From: Oscillospiraceae bacterium
GTDB lineage: Bacteria; Bacillota; Clostridia; Oscillospirales; CAG-272
Direction: 5' to 3'
Assembly (NCBI GenBank): GCA_015064785.1
Contig: SVRM01000002.1
Location: forward strand, 1,618-65,617
Length of the DNA: 64,000 nucleotides
Each line of letters starts with the position of its first letter. The first letter of the stretch is position 1. Below are positions 45,875-55,365 of the stretch, in pieces. The notes beneath the pieces were generated by a model. That model made no database searches. It saw nothing but the letters and a program-made list of their open reading frames with translations, and was not told the DNA's origin. A program made the position numbers and the translations under genes.

Positions 45875-48127
45875 ATGGCCAAGAAATCCAAAGCTGCGGA
45901 GAAAAACGCACTTGCCGCAATCAAGCCGGCAGTCATTACTCCGCAGCCCATTACAGAGACCATCGAAAAAAACTACATGCCGTATGTCATGACGGTCATC
46001 ATTTCGCGTGCGATTCCCGAAATCGACGGTTTCAAACCTTCTCACCGCAAGCTGCTTTTCACAATGTATAAGATGGGTCTGCTCTCCGGCGCAAGAACCA
46101 AGTCCGCCAACGTCGCAGGTGCGACAATGCAGTACCATCCGCACGGTGACGCTTCCATTTATGAAACTATGGTGCGTCTGACCCGCGACCATGAAGCGCT
46201 GCTTCATCCCTTTGTAGATTCCAAAGGATCATTTGGCAAGCACTACAGCCGTGATATGGCATATGCCGCACCGCGATATACCGAGGTACGGCTCGACCCC
46301 ATCTGTCAGGAACTGTTCCGCGGCATCGACCGTGATGCGGTGGACATGATTCCCAACTATGACAATACCAAAACGGAACCGACGCTGTTCCCGACCACCT
46401 TCCCGAATGTTCTGGTCACGCCAAACGTCGGTATTGCCGTCGGTATGGCATCCAATATCTGCTCCTTCAACCTGGCGGAAATCTGCGACGGTACCATTGC
46501 TCTGCTGAACGATCCAAAGCTGCCGCTGAACGATTTCATGGATATCGTCAAGGCGCCAGATTTTTCCACCGGTGCATCTATCATCTACAACCGCGCTGAG
46601 CTGAAGGAGATTTATCGCACCGGCCGCGGCTCCTTTTCGATGCGTGCGCGATATGCGTTTGACAAAAAAGAAAACTGCATTGATATTCTTCAGATTCCGT
46701 ATTCTACCTCCATTGAGGCAATCGTCAAGCGTATCGGCGATCTCGTCAAGGAAGGAAAGTTGAAGGAAATCACGGATTTCCGTGATGAAATTGACAAGGA
46801 CGGCTTCAAGCTGACACTCGATCTGCGCCGCGGTACCAATCCCGATCTTCTGATGCAGAAGCTGTACAAGCTGACACCGCTGGAAGATGAATTCGCGTGC
46901 AATTTCAATGTCCTCATCGGCGCCGCTCCGAAACAGCTCGGTGTGATCGAGATTCTTGGCGAGTGGATCACCTTCCGTCTGGGATGCGTCCGGCGTGAGC
47001 TGACCTATGATCTCGGCAAGAAGCGTGATAAGCTGCATCTTTTACTCGGACTTGGAAAAATTCTTCTGGACATCGATCGTGCAATCGCCATTGTCCGCGG
47101 TACCGAAAACGATGCCGATGTCATTCCCAACCTGATGAAGGGCTTTTCCATTGACGAATTGCAGGCAGAATACATTGCTGAAATCAAGCTCCGCAACCTC
47201 AACCGCGAGTATATCATCAACCGTATTTCCGAAATCGAATCCCTGCAAAAAGAAATTGCAGAACTGGAGGCGACCATCTCCAGCGAAAAGAAGCTCAAAA
47301 AGCTGATTGCAAAGCAGCTTGCTGAGGTTCGTGACAAGTACGGCAAGCCGCGTATGACACAGCTCATTTACACAGAAGACGTTGTTGAATACGATGAGGA
47401 CGAGCATGTTGAAAACTTCCCTGTCAAGCTGGTCCTGTCCCATGACGGCTATTTCAAGAAAATCACGATGGCTTCTCTGCGCGGCAACGATGAGCAGAAA
47501 TTCAAGGACGGTGATATGCTGCGGTTTGAAGAAGACGCAGAAAATATTCACGAGCTTTTGTTCTTCTCCGACAAATCGCAGGTTTACAAAGCCAAGGTTT
47601 CCGACTTTGAGCCATCCAAAGCATCGGTTCTCGGTGACTTCATTCCGGCAAAGCTCGGCTTTGACGCCGGTGAGCGCTGTATTGCGATGAAGAGCCAGGC
47701 AGATCCGGAGACCGACCACGGTACCTTTGTCCTGATTTTTGCCAACGGCAAGGGCGTTCGCATCCCCGCCGATGTGTATGCGACGAAATCCAACCGCCGC
47801 AAGCTGACCGGTGCTTATTCCGATGTGTCCGCATGTGTCGGCATCTTCTATATCCCGGAGGGTGAAGAACGCGATGTTCTGCTGGTATCCGACGCCGGAC
47901 GCGGCATGATCCTCTCGAGTGCGCTGATTCCGCTGAAGTCAACCCGTACATCTGCCGGTGTTCAGCTGATCACGCTGAAGAACGGACAGTTCATCGAATT
48001 CTCCTCCATTGATTTTGCACACCTGTTTGATACATCGCCAAAGCTGCGGAAAACCAAGATTCCGGCAGCAGGCGCCGCACTTCCCGAAACCTTCAAAATC
48101 CCTTATACCGATCTGCCGCTCGACTGA
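45875..48127 (+). CDS. type IIA DNA topoisomerase subunit A (GyrA/ParC family, divergent)
   Basis: Has DGFKPSHRKLL, YHPHGDASIYETMVRL and the catalytic-Tyr block AAPRYTEVRL. 750 aa with a short C-terminal domain, so it looks more ParC-like. Confidence 0.8.
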   Translation: MAKKSKAAEKNALAAIKPAVITPQPITETIEKNYMPYVMTVIISRAIPEIDGFKPSHRKLLFTMYKMGLLSGARTKSANVAGATMQYHPHGDASIYETMVRLTRDHEALLHPFVDSKGSFGKHYSRDMAYAAPRYTEVRLDPICQELFRGIDRDAVDMIPNYDNTKTEPTLFPTTFPNVLVTPNVGIAVGMASNICSFNLAEICDGTIALLNDPKLPLNDFMDIVKAPDFSTGASIIYNRAELKEIYRTGRGSFSMRARYAFDKKENCIDILQIPYSTSIEAIVKRIGDLVKEGKLKEITDFRDEIDKDGFKLTLDLRRGTNPDLLMQKLYKLTPLEDEFACNFNVLIGAAPKQLGVIEILGEWITFRLGCVRRELTYDLGKKRDKLHLLLGLGKILLDIDRAIAIVRGTENDADVIPNLMKGFSIDELQAEYIAEIKLRNLNREYIINRISEIESLQKEIAELEATISSEKKLKKLIAKQLAEVRDKYGKPRMTQLIYTEDVVEYDEDEHVENFPVKLVLSHDGYFKKITMASLRGNDEQKFKDGDMLRFEEDAENIHELLFFSDKSQVYKAKVSDFEPSKASVLGDFIPAKLGFDAGERCIAMKSQADPETDHGTFVLIFANGKGVRIPADVYATKSNRRKLTGAYSDVSACVGIFYIPEGEERDVLLVSDAGRGMILSSALIPLKSTRTSAGVQLITLKNGQFIEFSSIDFAHLFDTSPKLRKTKIPAAGAALPETFKIPYTDLPLD

Positions 48128-48169
48128 GCCCTGTGCGGATCGAATCCAAACGAAAGGAAACAAGCAGCT

Positions 48170-48763
48170 ATGAATAAAAGAAAGACTTTGCTGATAGCCA
48201 TGCTCGCCGTATTCCTGACCCTCTCCGTATTTGTCTTCGCCGTTTTTGCTGAAGAAACAGCTTATGCAGGCTCCGACCTGCCTGTTTCCGAAAGCTATGT
48301 CCTCCGTGCCATCCATGCACTGGAGGAACGTGTCTATTCCAAAATTGACACCATGATCGAATCTGTATCAGAGAGGCTTGATGCCATGCAGGCAGCGTTG
48401 GATGCACAGCAGACCACACCGCCCGCAGCAGATACACAGCTCCCGTCCGATGACACCGCACAGACTACCGTTCCGGAAGCGACAGTACCGGCACCGTCAA
48501 TGGAATATACCGTCCTCCATGTGATGAAGGGGCAGTCCGTTGTCGGCAGCTGCGAAATCATTCTCCGTTCCGGTACGGCTGCTGCACTCTGCCCGGGTGC
48601 GAACGGTATTTCCGATCTCACCGCCGGTGCAGATCTGATGGCAAACACTGAGATCAGCACAAACCATCTGCTGCTTGTTCCCCGCAATGACGGACGCGGC
48701 ATTACTGTTACCTCGACCGACGCCTATGTCATGGTGCGCGGAAATTATACCGTCACCGACTGA
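48170..48763 (+). CDS. membrane-anchored/secreted hypothetical protein
   Basis: N-terminal hydrophobic anchor, Thr/Pro-rich linker, RBS GAAAGGAAA. No recognisable domain. Confidence 0.5.
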   Translation: MNKRKTLLIAMLAVFLTLSVFVFAVFAEETAYAGSDLPVSESYVLRAIHALEERVYSKIDTMIESVSERLDAMQAALDAQQTTPPAADTQLPSDDTAQTTVPEATVPAPSMEYTVLHVMKGQSVVGSCEIILRSGTAAALCPGANGISDLTAGADLMANTEISTNHLLLVPRNDGRGITVTSTDAYVMVRGNYTVTD

Positions 48764-48804
48764 TTCTTTTGATCCAATTCATCATACATAGAAAGGATAC
48801 CCGC

Positions 48805-50784
48805 ATGAACAAGAAAAGAACACACGCGGAAAAACAGCGTCTGATCACCCAGATTCTCTGTCTGGCGCTTGCGGCACTGATGATTCTTGGTGTTATCATG
48901 TCAATTCTGCCGTTTTCGGCATTGACTGCACATGCCGCAGACATCACCGCAGAAGATCAGATTACCCCTCCCGCCGAATCCCTGACAGAAGAAGCGGTAA
49001 GCGAACAGGAGCCCATCCCCGGGCTCCTTCTTCGCATCGGGCTGATGTTTGGATCCGGCGTGACCGAAAGTTTCGCTGTCCGTGCCGAAGATGGCTTTGT
49101 CATGTATCATGTGGATCAGAAAACAGATGAGGCAATGCCGCTTTACGAAACAGCAGCAGCCTATGCCGCGGTGACACAGGATGCCAATCTTGCACTCAAT
49201 GACGACGGAATCTATTATCCCGCCTCCAAAGGCGTTGTCATCGGCGGTTATCATCTCCTGCTTCCAACCGTTTATCCGGACGCGACCGCATTGGCGGCAG
49301 GCGTTGATGCAGTTAACACAAAACTGCAAAATGCCGGAATTTATTCCTCTCTCATCTACGCCTTCCCTGCATACATCAACGGTGAACTGCACGTCTGCAT
49401 CGGTGACTTCGGTTCCACCAACAGTGCCGCATCCAAAGCCGCACTGATCGAAGGTGCCACCGGTGAAAAAACGAGTCCCGTGTATCCGCGCGACAATGCT
49501 GTAACCGTTCTTTCTCCCGACAGCAAGCTGATTCTGTTTGAATACTGCGCAGCCGACGGAATGCTCGGACTTGCGGCACGTCCGGATGATGATACCGATT
49601 CCAGTGATCCGAAAGCAGTACCGGCAGAGAATTTTCTGATTACCCCCGCTGAGAATACCTACCGCGGTATTTTCCTGTTCGGACGGTACGGCGATGGGAT
49701 ATCTGTGACGAATCTGATTGACATTGACAATTATGCTGCCGGTGTCATTCCGTATGAAATCGGCAATCACTGGAAGCCGGACGCACTCAAAGCCTTTGCC
49801 TGTGTTGTCCGCTCTTATACCCTTGCCAATCTCAATCGCCACAGCTCCCTCGGAATCGATCTCTGCAACGGCTCAGACTGCCAGGTATACATGGGAACAA
49901 AAAAAGAAAACGATGCCGTCCGTGAAGCCGTCCGCGACACCGCCGGACAGGTCATCACCTACAACAATAAGATCTGCTCCACGATGTATTCCGCTGTTAC
50001 CGGAGGCTGTACAGTCAACAGCGAACAGATCTGGAACGGCAGTGCCTTTCCGTATATGCGCGCCGTTTCCACACCGTGGGAAGAATATACAACCCATTCC
50101 AGGGGCGTCTGGCTGTCCGAGGTCTCCGGATATGAGCTGTACAATTACCTGTACAACAAGGGCTATTCACAGCTCAAGGGCGCGATTGCCGACATCCGCA
50201 TCGCTGAACTTGCGCAGAACTCCACGTATGTTTATCGACTGGAGCTGACCGATATTTACGGCGTGAAGATTTCGCTCAAAGGCACTGACATCATCCGCAC
50301 CACGCTCGGCCGATATCTGAACAGTGCAAATTTTGTTCTCGGTCATAAGGGAAACATTGCGATCCTTAACCGCGTTGTGGAGCTGATCACCGCAGACAGC
50401 ACAGCACCGCTGCCGCTGACTGAAACCAAAACAGAAACGTATGAAGAAACCACAACAACCATGCAGGTACTCACCGCAAACGGTGTCGCAGAACTGGATG
50501 TCACCGAAGGTCTCAAGGTTCTCCAGGCAGACGGTACGGAAAAACTTATCACAGAGCAACCGGACAGTTATGACATCCCCGATGACGCCAAAGCGCGTCT
50601 GGAATCCGACACGAACAACTTCCTGTTCATCGGAAAAGGCTGGGGGCATGGCGGCGGCATTTCCCAATGGGGTATCATGAGTATGGCCAATCAGGGATAT
50701 ACATGGGATCAAATCATTCACGCATACTTCACCGATGTTGTCATCCAGCCCTATTATCTCCTTCCAGCATACCAGAAGCAGTGA
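48805..50784 (+). CDS. SpoIID/LytB domain protein
   Basis: SpoIID block (AAGVIPYEIGNHWKPDALKAFACVVRSYTL…CNGSDCQVYMG…YSAVTGGCT). ATG 48805 behind GAAAGGA. Confidence 0.8.
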   Translation: MNKKRTHAEKQRLITQILCLALAALMILGVIMSILPFSALTAHAADITAEDQITPPAESLTEEAVSEQEPIPGLLLRIGLMFGSGVTESFAVRAEDGFVMYHVDQKTDEAMPLYETAAAYAAVTQDANLALNDDGIYYPASKGVVIGGYHLLLPTVYPDATALAAGVDAVNTKLQNAGIYSSLIYAFPAYINGELHVCIGDFGSTNSAASKAALIEGATGEKTSPVYPRDNAVTVLSPDSKLILFEYCAADGMLGLAARPDDDTDSSDPKAVPAENFLITPAENTYRGIFLFGRYGDGISVTNLIDIDNYAAGVIPYEIGNHWKPDALKAFACVVRSYTLANLNRHSSLGIDLCNGSDCQVYMGTKKENDAVREAVRDTAGQVITYNNKICSTMYSAVTGGCTVNSEQIWNGSAFPYMRAVSTPWEEYTTHSRGVWLSEVSGYELYNYLYNKGYSQLKGAIADIRIAELAQNSTYVYRLELTDIYGVKISLKGTDIIRTTLGRYLNSANFVLGHKGNIAILNRVVELITADSTAPLPLTETKTETYEETTTTMQVLTANGVAELDVTEGLKVLQADGTEKLITEQPDSYDIPDDAKARLESDTNNFLFIGKGWGHGGGISQWGIMSMANQGYTWDQIIHAYFTDVVIQPYYLLPAYQKQ

Positions 50785-50867
50785 CCACTGTGAAGCTTGC
50801 ATCAGTATAAGAAAAATTTGCAAATTTCCTCAGAAACCATACAAACGAAAGCAAAGGTGTTTTTGAT

Positions 50868-51596
50868 ATGTCACAGATCCGACTGATTTCTACCGATATG
50901 CTGTTCTCCCGGATGCTGGAGCTGGAGCTGTCCGTACTCGGACGTACCTTTGCGCATACCGAGTCTATTTCCATGGAGGAGATGGAGTCGCTTGTTGCAC
51001 GCGAAACCTGCCAGCTTCTGATTCTCGATCTGGATGTCCGGTATGAAGGTCTGGAGAGTATGCTCACGCTTGCACAGGACAACAAGATCCCGGTGATTCT
51101 GTTCGGGTACCCGTCATCAGATGCAATGACCGCAGACAAGATGCGATTTTATGACAGCGATATTTACCGTTATGTCTTCCCGCGTCCGTTTCTGATGAGT
51201 CAGTTTCTGTACTGCGCAAAGGAACTGCTCTGCTTCAAGGAGGAAGATCAGATCCGCCGCCGTGAAGCACCGGCGATGGTCATGAAGCAGCACTGTACCG
51301 CCGACGATATCCGCATCAACGAAAATGCAAGACAGGTCTTTTACAAAAACGACTTGCTGACCTTCACTGCCACAGAATATGAACTGCTTCTGTATCTGAT
51401 GAAGCAGCGCGGTACCGTTCTGACACGCGCGCAGCTATACGAGGCCGTCTGGAAACCGGAGGGCGATGTACAGAAAAAAGATTCCAATATTGTGGATGTC
51501 TACATCCGCTATATTCGCTCCAAGCTCGATGAGCCATACCGTATCAAGCTGATTGAAACGGTGCGCGGCGTCGGTTATACCATCAGAAAACAATAA
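50868..51596 (+). CDS. OmpR/PhoB-type response regulator with degenerate receiver domain
   Basis: C-terminal wHTH (LTFTATEYELLLYLMKQRGTVLTRAQLYEAVW…VDVYIRYIRSKL…IETVRGVGY). The receiver lacks the DD pocket (STD), the conserved Thr is Gly and the conserved Lys is Arg. Confidence 0.75.
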   Translation: MSQIRLISTDMLFSRMLELELSVLGRTFAHTESISMEEMESLVARETCQLLILDLDVRYEGLESMLTLAQDNKIPVILFGYPSSDAMTADKMRFYDSDIYRYVFPRPFLMSQFLYCAKELLCFKEEDQIRRREAPAMVMKQHCTADDIRINENARQVFYKNDLLTFTATEYELLLYLMKQRGTVLTRAQLYEAVWKPEGDVQKKDSNIVDVYIRYIRSKLDEPYRIKLIETVRGVGYTIRKQ

Positions 51597-51605
51597 CAAC
51601 GCGAA

Positions 51606-51661
51606 AACCGCCGACAGCACAGAACCGTATCCGGTGTGCATATCGGCGGTTATCATTTTTT
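51606..51661. terminator. hairpin between convergent genes
   Basis: AACCGCCGA (51606-14) pairs with TCGGCGGTT (51643-51), then ATCATTTTTT. Confidence 0.5.
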
Positions 51662-51664
51662 CCT

Positions 51665-52753
51665 TCAAATGCAGTACAGATTGATATCCCACGCGGGAAC
51701 ATAACGGAATCGGCGCAGATAAAGGCGGTATGCCGGGCAAAGCTGCAAAACCATCTGCGGAAGTGCATACAAATCCTCTGTGCGGTGGTACAGAGACACC
51801 AGAAGCCGCGGCTTGTGATCTGCAATCGTCCGCGTGCATCCAAGAAGCGCTTCCCGCTCAGCCCCCTCCACATCGTACTTGATATAGTCAACCGAAGCAC
51901 CCGCCAATACCGCATCGGGCATCTGTGCTTCAATCTGCTTTTCCTTTGCCTGCGCCACAGAGATACCCGTCGTCGCATTCTTTGCAACCGTGGAATTGCG
52001 GTTTCCCTCGACACGGAAGGTCAGCGTCTCGCGCCTATCCCACGCGGCATACGGATAAGTTCGGACATCGGCGCGCGTTTCCTGTTCCGCATACAGCGCG
52101 AGCTTTTTGTAATTCCTTGCATCCGGCTCCATTGCCCAGACCGTGTGCAGATCCGGTGCAGCATCGAGCATCGCGCGGACCGTATCGCCGTTGTATGCGC
52201 CGAGATCGAGATAGGAATGAATCGTCTGCGGCTGTACCAGTGTATGCATCACTGTATCCTCATCCGAAACTGCCGCACGCAGATAACACAGCTTTCCGGA
52301 CAGCTTGTAATTGATAATCTGCTCGTACAAAAAACGCGATTCGTCGTCGGCGAGCTGCGCATATACCGCTTCCAGCTCTGCCCTGTGCGCGCAGAACCAA
52401 TCATAGGTAAACAGTGTATCTCCCGAAACGGGAACATCGGGTGCCACCGTTTCAAACCGGGCATCGATTTCGTCAAACCGTGCATGCACGTCCGGCAGAG
52501 ACGATGCAAACGATATCACAACAAGCATATCGGGATATTTTTCGCAGGCTTCAGTATAGGACAATACACGTTTGCCGTGAAAACTGTGTCCGCGGACAAA
52601 GCCGTCCGATGCAAAGAAATCCGCCGCCTCCAGTCCAAGCGCATCCATCACACGCAGAATCTTATCCGCACCGTTACCCATACCGTATAGAACAATCGGT
52701 TTTCCTGCTGTTTTCAGTCTGTGCCAGACATCGGTTGTTTCTGTGATGTGCAT
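51665..52753 (-). CDS. FkbM family methyltransferase
   Basis: YLDLGAYNGDTV SAM-binding block and an FkbM-type C-terminus (IDYIKYDVEGAEREAL). ATG 52753 is 6 nt after GGGAGG. Confidence 0.7.
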   Translation of the reverse strand: MHITETTDVWHRLKTAGKPIVLYGMGNGADKILRVMDALGLEAADFFASDGFVRGHSFHGKRVLSYTEACEKYPDMLVVISFASSLPDVHARFDEIDARFETVAPDVPVSGDTLFTYDWFCAHRAELEAVYAQLADDESRFLYEQIINYKLSGKLCYLRAAVSDEDTVMHTLVQPQTIHSYLDLGAYNGDTVRAMLDAAPDLHTVWAMEPDARNYKKLALYAEQETRADVRTYPYAAWDRRETLTFRVEGNRNSTVAKNATTGISVAQAKEKQIEAQMPDAVLAGASVDYIKYDVEGAEREALLGCTRTIADHKPRLLVSLYHRTEDLYALPQMVLQLCPAYRLYLRRFRYVPAWDINLYCI

Positions 52754-52919
52754 TCCCATCCTCCCGTTTTCTTTTCGTTTCCTTATTATACATGAAAATC
52801 CGGAAAAAGTAAAGAGCTGGACGAAAAATTTACACTTATGACTTGACTTTCCACGCAAAATCGGGTATCATAATAGAATACAGAACAAAGATCACAAAAG
52901 AAACGGATGAAAACCACGC

Positions 52920-53879
52920 ATGACGGTGTTCGATTTACAAAACCACAACAGACAACTTCATACTGATGCGCTGAGCGAAATTACTGTCTCAGCCGCCCTT
53001 GGCTGTTTTGACGGTGTGCATCTCGGACATGCGGCATTGCTGAAAACCGCCTGCGATACAGCGCGTCAAAACGGGAGCGAGCCTGCGGTCTGGACCTTTC
53101 TGACCCCGCCCTTTCCCGGCCGTGCCAAGCAGCTGACCGGACTTTCGGAAAAGCTCACGCTGTTCGCCGGACACGGGATCCGTTATGCCTTTTTGTATGA
53201 TTTTTCCGAGGTCCGTACCCTCGCCCCCGAGACCTTCGTCCGAGACATTCTGATCGGTCAATGTCATGCCGCCGCCTGTGTCTGCGGCTTCAATTTCCGT
53301 TTTGCCAGAGATGCCGTCGGTACACCGGATGTTCTCTCGTCACTGTTGTCGTCGTACGGACGTACACTGCACATCCAGCCTGCGGTCATAGCAAACGGTC
53401 TGCCGATCAGCGCAACACGCATCCGTTCCCTGCTCGCCGCCGGAGACACCGTGACAGCCGCCGCATTCCTCGGCAGACCGTATTCCTTCTGTCTTCCCGT
53501 GGTCCACGGCAAGGAGCTCGGCCGCACCATCGGTGTTCCGACCATCAATCAGAATCCGACGGCGGACATGCAGATACCTTCAGCCGGTACGTATGCGTCA
53601 ACCGTTACGGTTGACAGCGTCGCTTATCCTGCGGTGACGAACATCGGCATCCGACCCTCCATTGTCGGAGACAACCATGTGCCCAACGCCGAAACGCATA
53701 TCATCGGCTACCGTGGATGGCTGTATGACAAGCCGGTCACCGTATCATTCCGTCAGCGTCTGCGCGATGAGATTCACTTCCCTTCACTGGATGCGCTGCG
53801 CGAGCAAATCGCGTCTGACATCCGGGCATCGCTCGATACCTTTTCCGAATCTGAATCCTCAATAAGGAGCCGTTCATGA
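52920..53879 (+). CDS. ribF: bifunctional riboflavin kinase / FMN adenylyltransferase
   Basis: GCFDGVHLGHAALL and the kinase block GRTIGVPTIN…GTYA. Confidence 0.9.
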   Translation: MTVFDLQNHNRQLHTDALSEITVSAALGCFDGVHLGHAALLKTACDTARQNGSEPAVWTFLTPPFPGRAKQLTGLSEKLTLFAGHGIRYAFLYDFSEVRTLAPETFVRDILIGQCHAAACVCGFNFRFARDAVGTPDVLSSLLSSYGRTLHIQPAVIANGLPISATRIRSLLAAGDTVTAAAFLGRPYSFCLPVVHGKELGRTIGVPTINQNPTADMQIPSAGTYASTVTVDSVAYPAVTNIGIRPSIVGDNHVPNAETHIIGYRGWLYDKPVTVSFRQRLRDEIHFPSLDALREQIASDIRASLDTFSESESSIRSRS

Positions 53880-55219
53880 AAATAAAAGACCATCTTCGGC
53901 GTGCCGTCCTGCTTTTCCTTCTGCCGATTCTGCTTTGCTCGGGATTTTCCGTCCCGGTCAGAGCAGTGACAGATCCGCAGGATCTTACCTCACAGGCATG
54001 TCTGATTTATAACCTCGAAACCGATTCTATTCTTTACGGACGCGAAATCGATACCAGTGTTTATCCGACCGCACTCGTCAAAATGACCGGTGCGATGCTT
54101 GCTCTGGAATATTATGCAGATGACCTTGACCGGGAGCTGACAGTTCCGGCGGAGGCACTATCCGGCGTCTTCGGCAATACAATCAATCTGGTAGAGGGAG
54201 AGGTCATCACGGTGCGGAATCTGCTGTATGCTACGCTGATATCCGGTGCAAACGACGCCATGTCGGTGCTTGCATATTCTATTGCCGGCAACGTTACCGC
54301 ATTTGTCAATATGATGAACCAAAAAGTCCAAGAGCTCGGATGCAAAGACACGGTGTATACGAACTGCACCGGTATCCATGACCCGAACATGCGTACCACC
54401 GCACGTGATACGCTCCGCATTGCACTGTATGCCTATACCAATTCCAATTACATGGCAATGTCCTCGGAAACCAGCCACATTATTCCAGCAACCAACAAAC
54501 GCAAGGAACGGACACTCAACAACAGAAACTACATCGTTTCCACGCAGTATTACACCAAGTACTACAATTCTCTGGCAAAGGGTATGTCCTCCGGTAATAC
54601 CAAGGAAGGCGGCTACTGTCTGGTCACATCGATCCGCCGTCAGGGATGTACATACCTTGTTGTCTGTATGAATTCCTACTTCAATGAAGAGGAAAATTAC
54701 GTCTATTCCTACCACGACTGTGAAGTTCTGGTCGACTGGGCTTACAACAATTACAACTTTGTCAGCGTTGTCGACGACACCACCATGATTTGTGAAATGC
54801 CGGTCACACTGTCCTCGGAGGTTGACTATGTCACCCTGCTGCCGGAGCATCCGATTGAGATGTTCCTGCCGAAGGACATCGACATCGATACGGCAATCCG
54901 GCTCAACTGGATCCTGTTCGATGATAAGATTGAAGCGCCGATCAAAGAAGGTGAAATTGCCGGTGTCATGACCGTCAAATACGACGATGAACTGGTTGCA
55001 TCGGTCAACCTTGTAACCAAGGGTGCTGTCTCCCGCAGTGAATTTCTGTATTTTCTCACGGTGATCCGCAATCTCGTCTCCAGCCGACTGTTCCTTGTCG
55101 GCGTTGTGGCTGCGGTGATTCTGTCATTGCTCTATGTCTTTTTCACCGCCGTTTACCGGGAAAAAGCGCGACGCCGTGCCGAACGCAGACAGCGACCGGA
55201 GCTGCGCCGCAGAAGATAA
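53876..55219 (+). CDS. D-alanyl-D-alanine carboxypeptidase (S11/PBP5) homolog with degenerate catalytic motifs
   Basis: Signal peptide, S11-wide similarity, C-terminal TM plus Arg-rich tail. SxxK is replaced by ALVK (Ala66), SGN by GAN, and KTG by SSG. ATGA overlap with ribF. Confidence 0.75.
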   Translation: MKIKDHLRRAVLLFLLPILLCSGFSVPVRAVTDPQDLTSQACLIYNLETDSILYGREIDTSVYPTALVKMTGAMLALEYYADDLDRELTVPAEALSGVFGNTINLVEGEVITVRNLLYATLISGANDAMSVLAYSIAGNVTAFVNMMNQKVQELGCKDTVYTNCTGIHDPNMRTTARDTLRIALYAYTNSNYMAMSSETSHIIPATNKRKERTLNNRNYIVSTQYYTKYYNSLAKGMSSGNTKEGGYCLVTSIRRQGCTYLVVCMNSYFNEEENYVYSYHDCEVLVDWAYNNYNFVSVVDDTTMICEMPVTLSSEVDYVTLLPEHPIEMFLPKDIDIDTAIRLNWILFDDKIEAPIKEGEIAGVMTVKYDDELVASVNLVTKGAVSRSEFLYFLTVIRNLVSSRLFLVGVVAAVILSLLYVFFTAVYREKARRRAERRQRPELRRRR

Positions 55220-55224
55220 AAGAA

Positions 55225-55268
55225 ACCGGACTGTTGTGCATGAATGTGCAGCAGTCCGGTATGTTTTT
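55225..55268. terminator. bidirectional hairpin terminator
   Basis: ACCGGACTG (55225-33) pairs with CAGTCCGGT (55252-60), with T-rich runs on both sides. Confidence 0.6.
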
Positions 55269-55272
55269 GTAG

Positions 55273-55365
55273 TTATCTGCGGTTGATCTTGACAATTGCA
55301 AGTGTCAGTGCGGCAGCGGCACATGCCATGGAACAGATACTGATTACAAATGATGCAATTTTCAT
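55273..55365 (-). CDS. candidate 30-aa hydrophobic peptide (MKIASFVISICSMACAAAALTLAIVKINRR)
   Basis: Below the ORF-track size cutoff. GGAGG (55379-75) lies 9 nt from the ATG. Own promoter: TTGCAT (55422-17), 17-nt spacer, TGg-TATACT (55399-94). Ends at the bidirectional terminator. Confidence 0.35.
   Translation of the reverse strand: MKIASFVISICSMACAAAALTLAIVKINRR

Noticed and set aside
44795-49842. Minus-strand ORFs 44795-45859, 46229-47038, 47042-47719 and 48901-49842
   Set aside because: They are antisense to the topoisomerase subunit genes and the SpoIID gene, so they are shadow ORFs.
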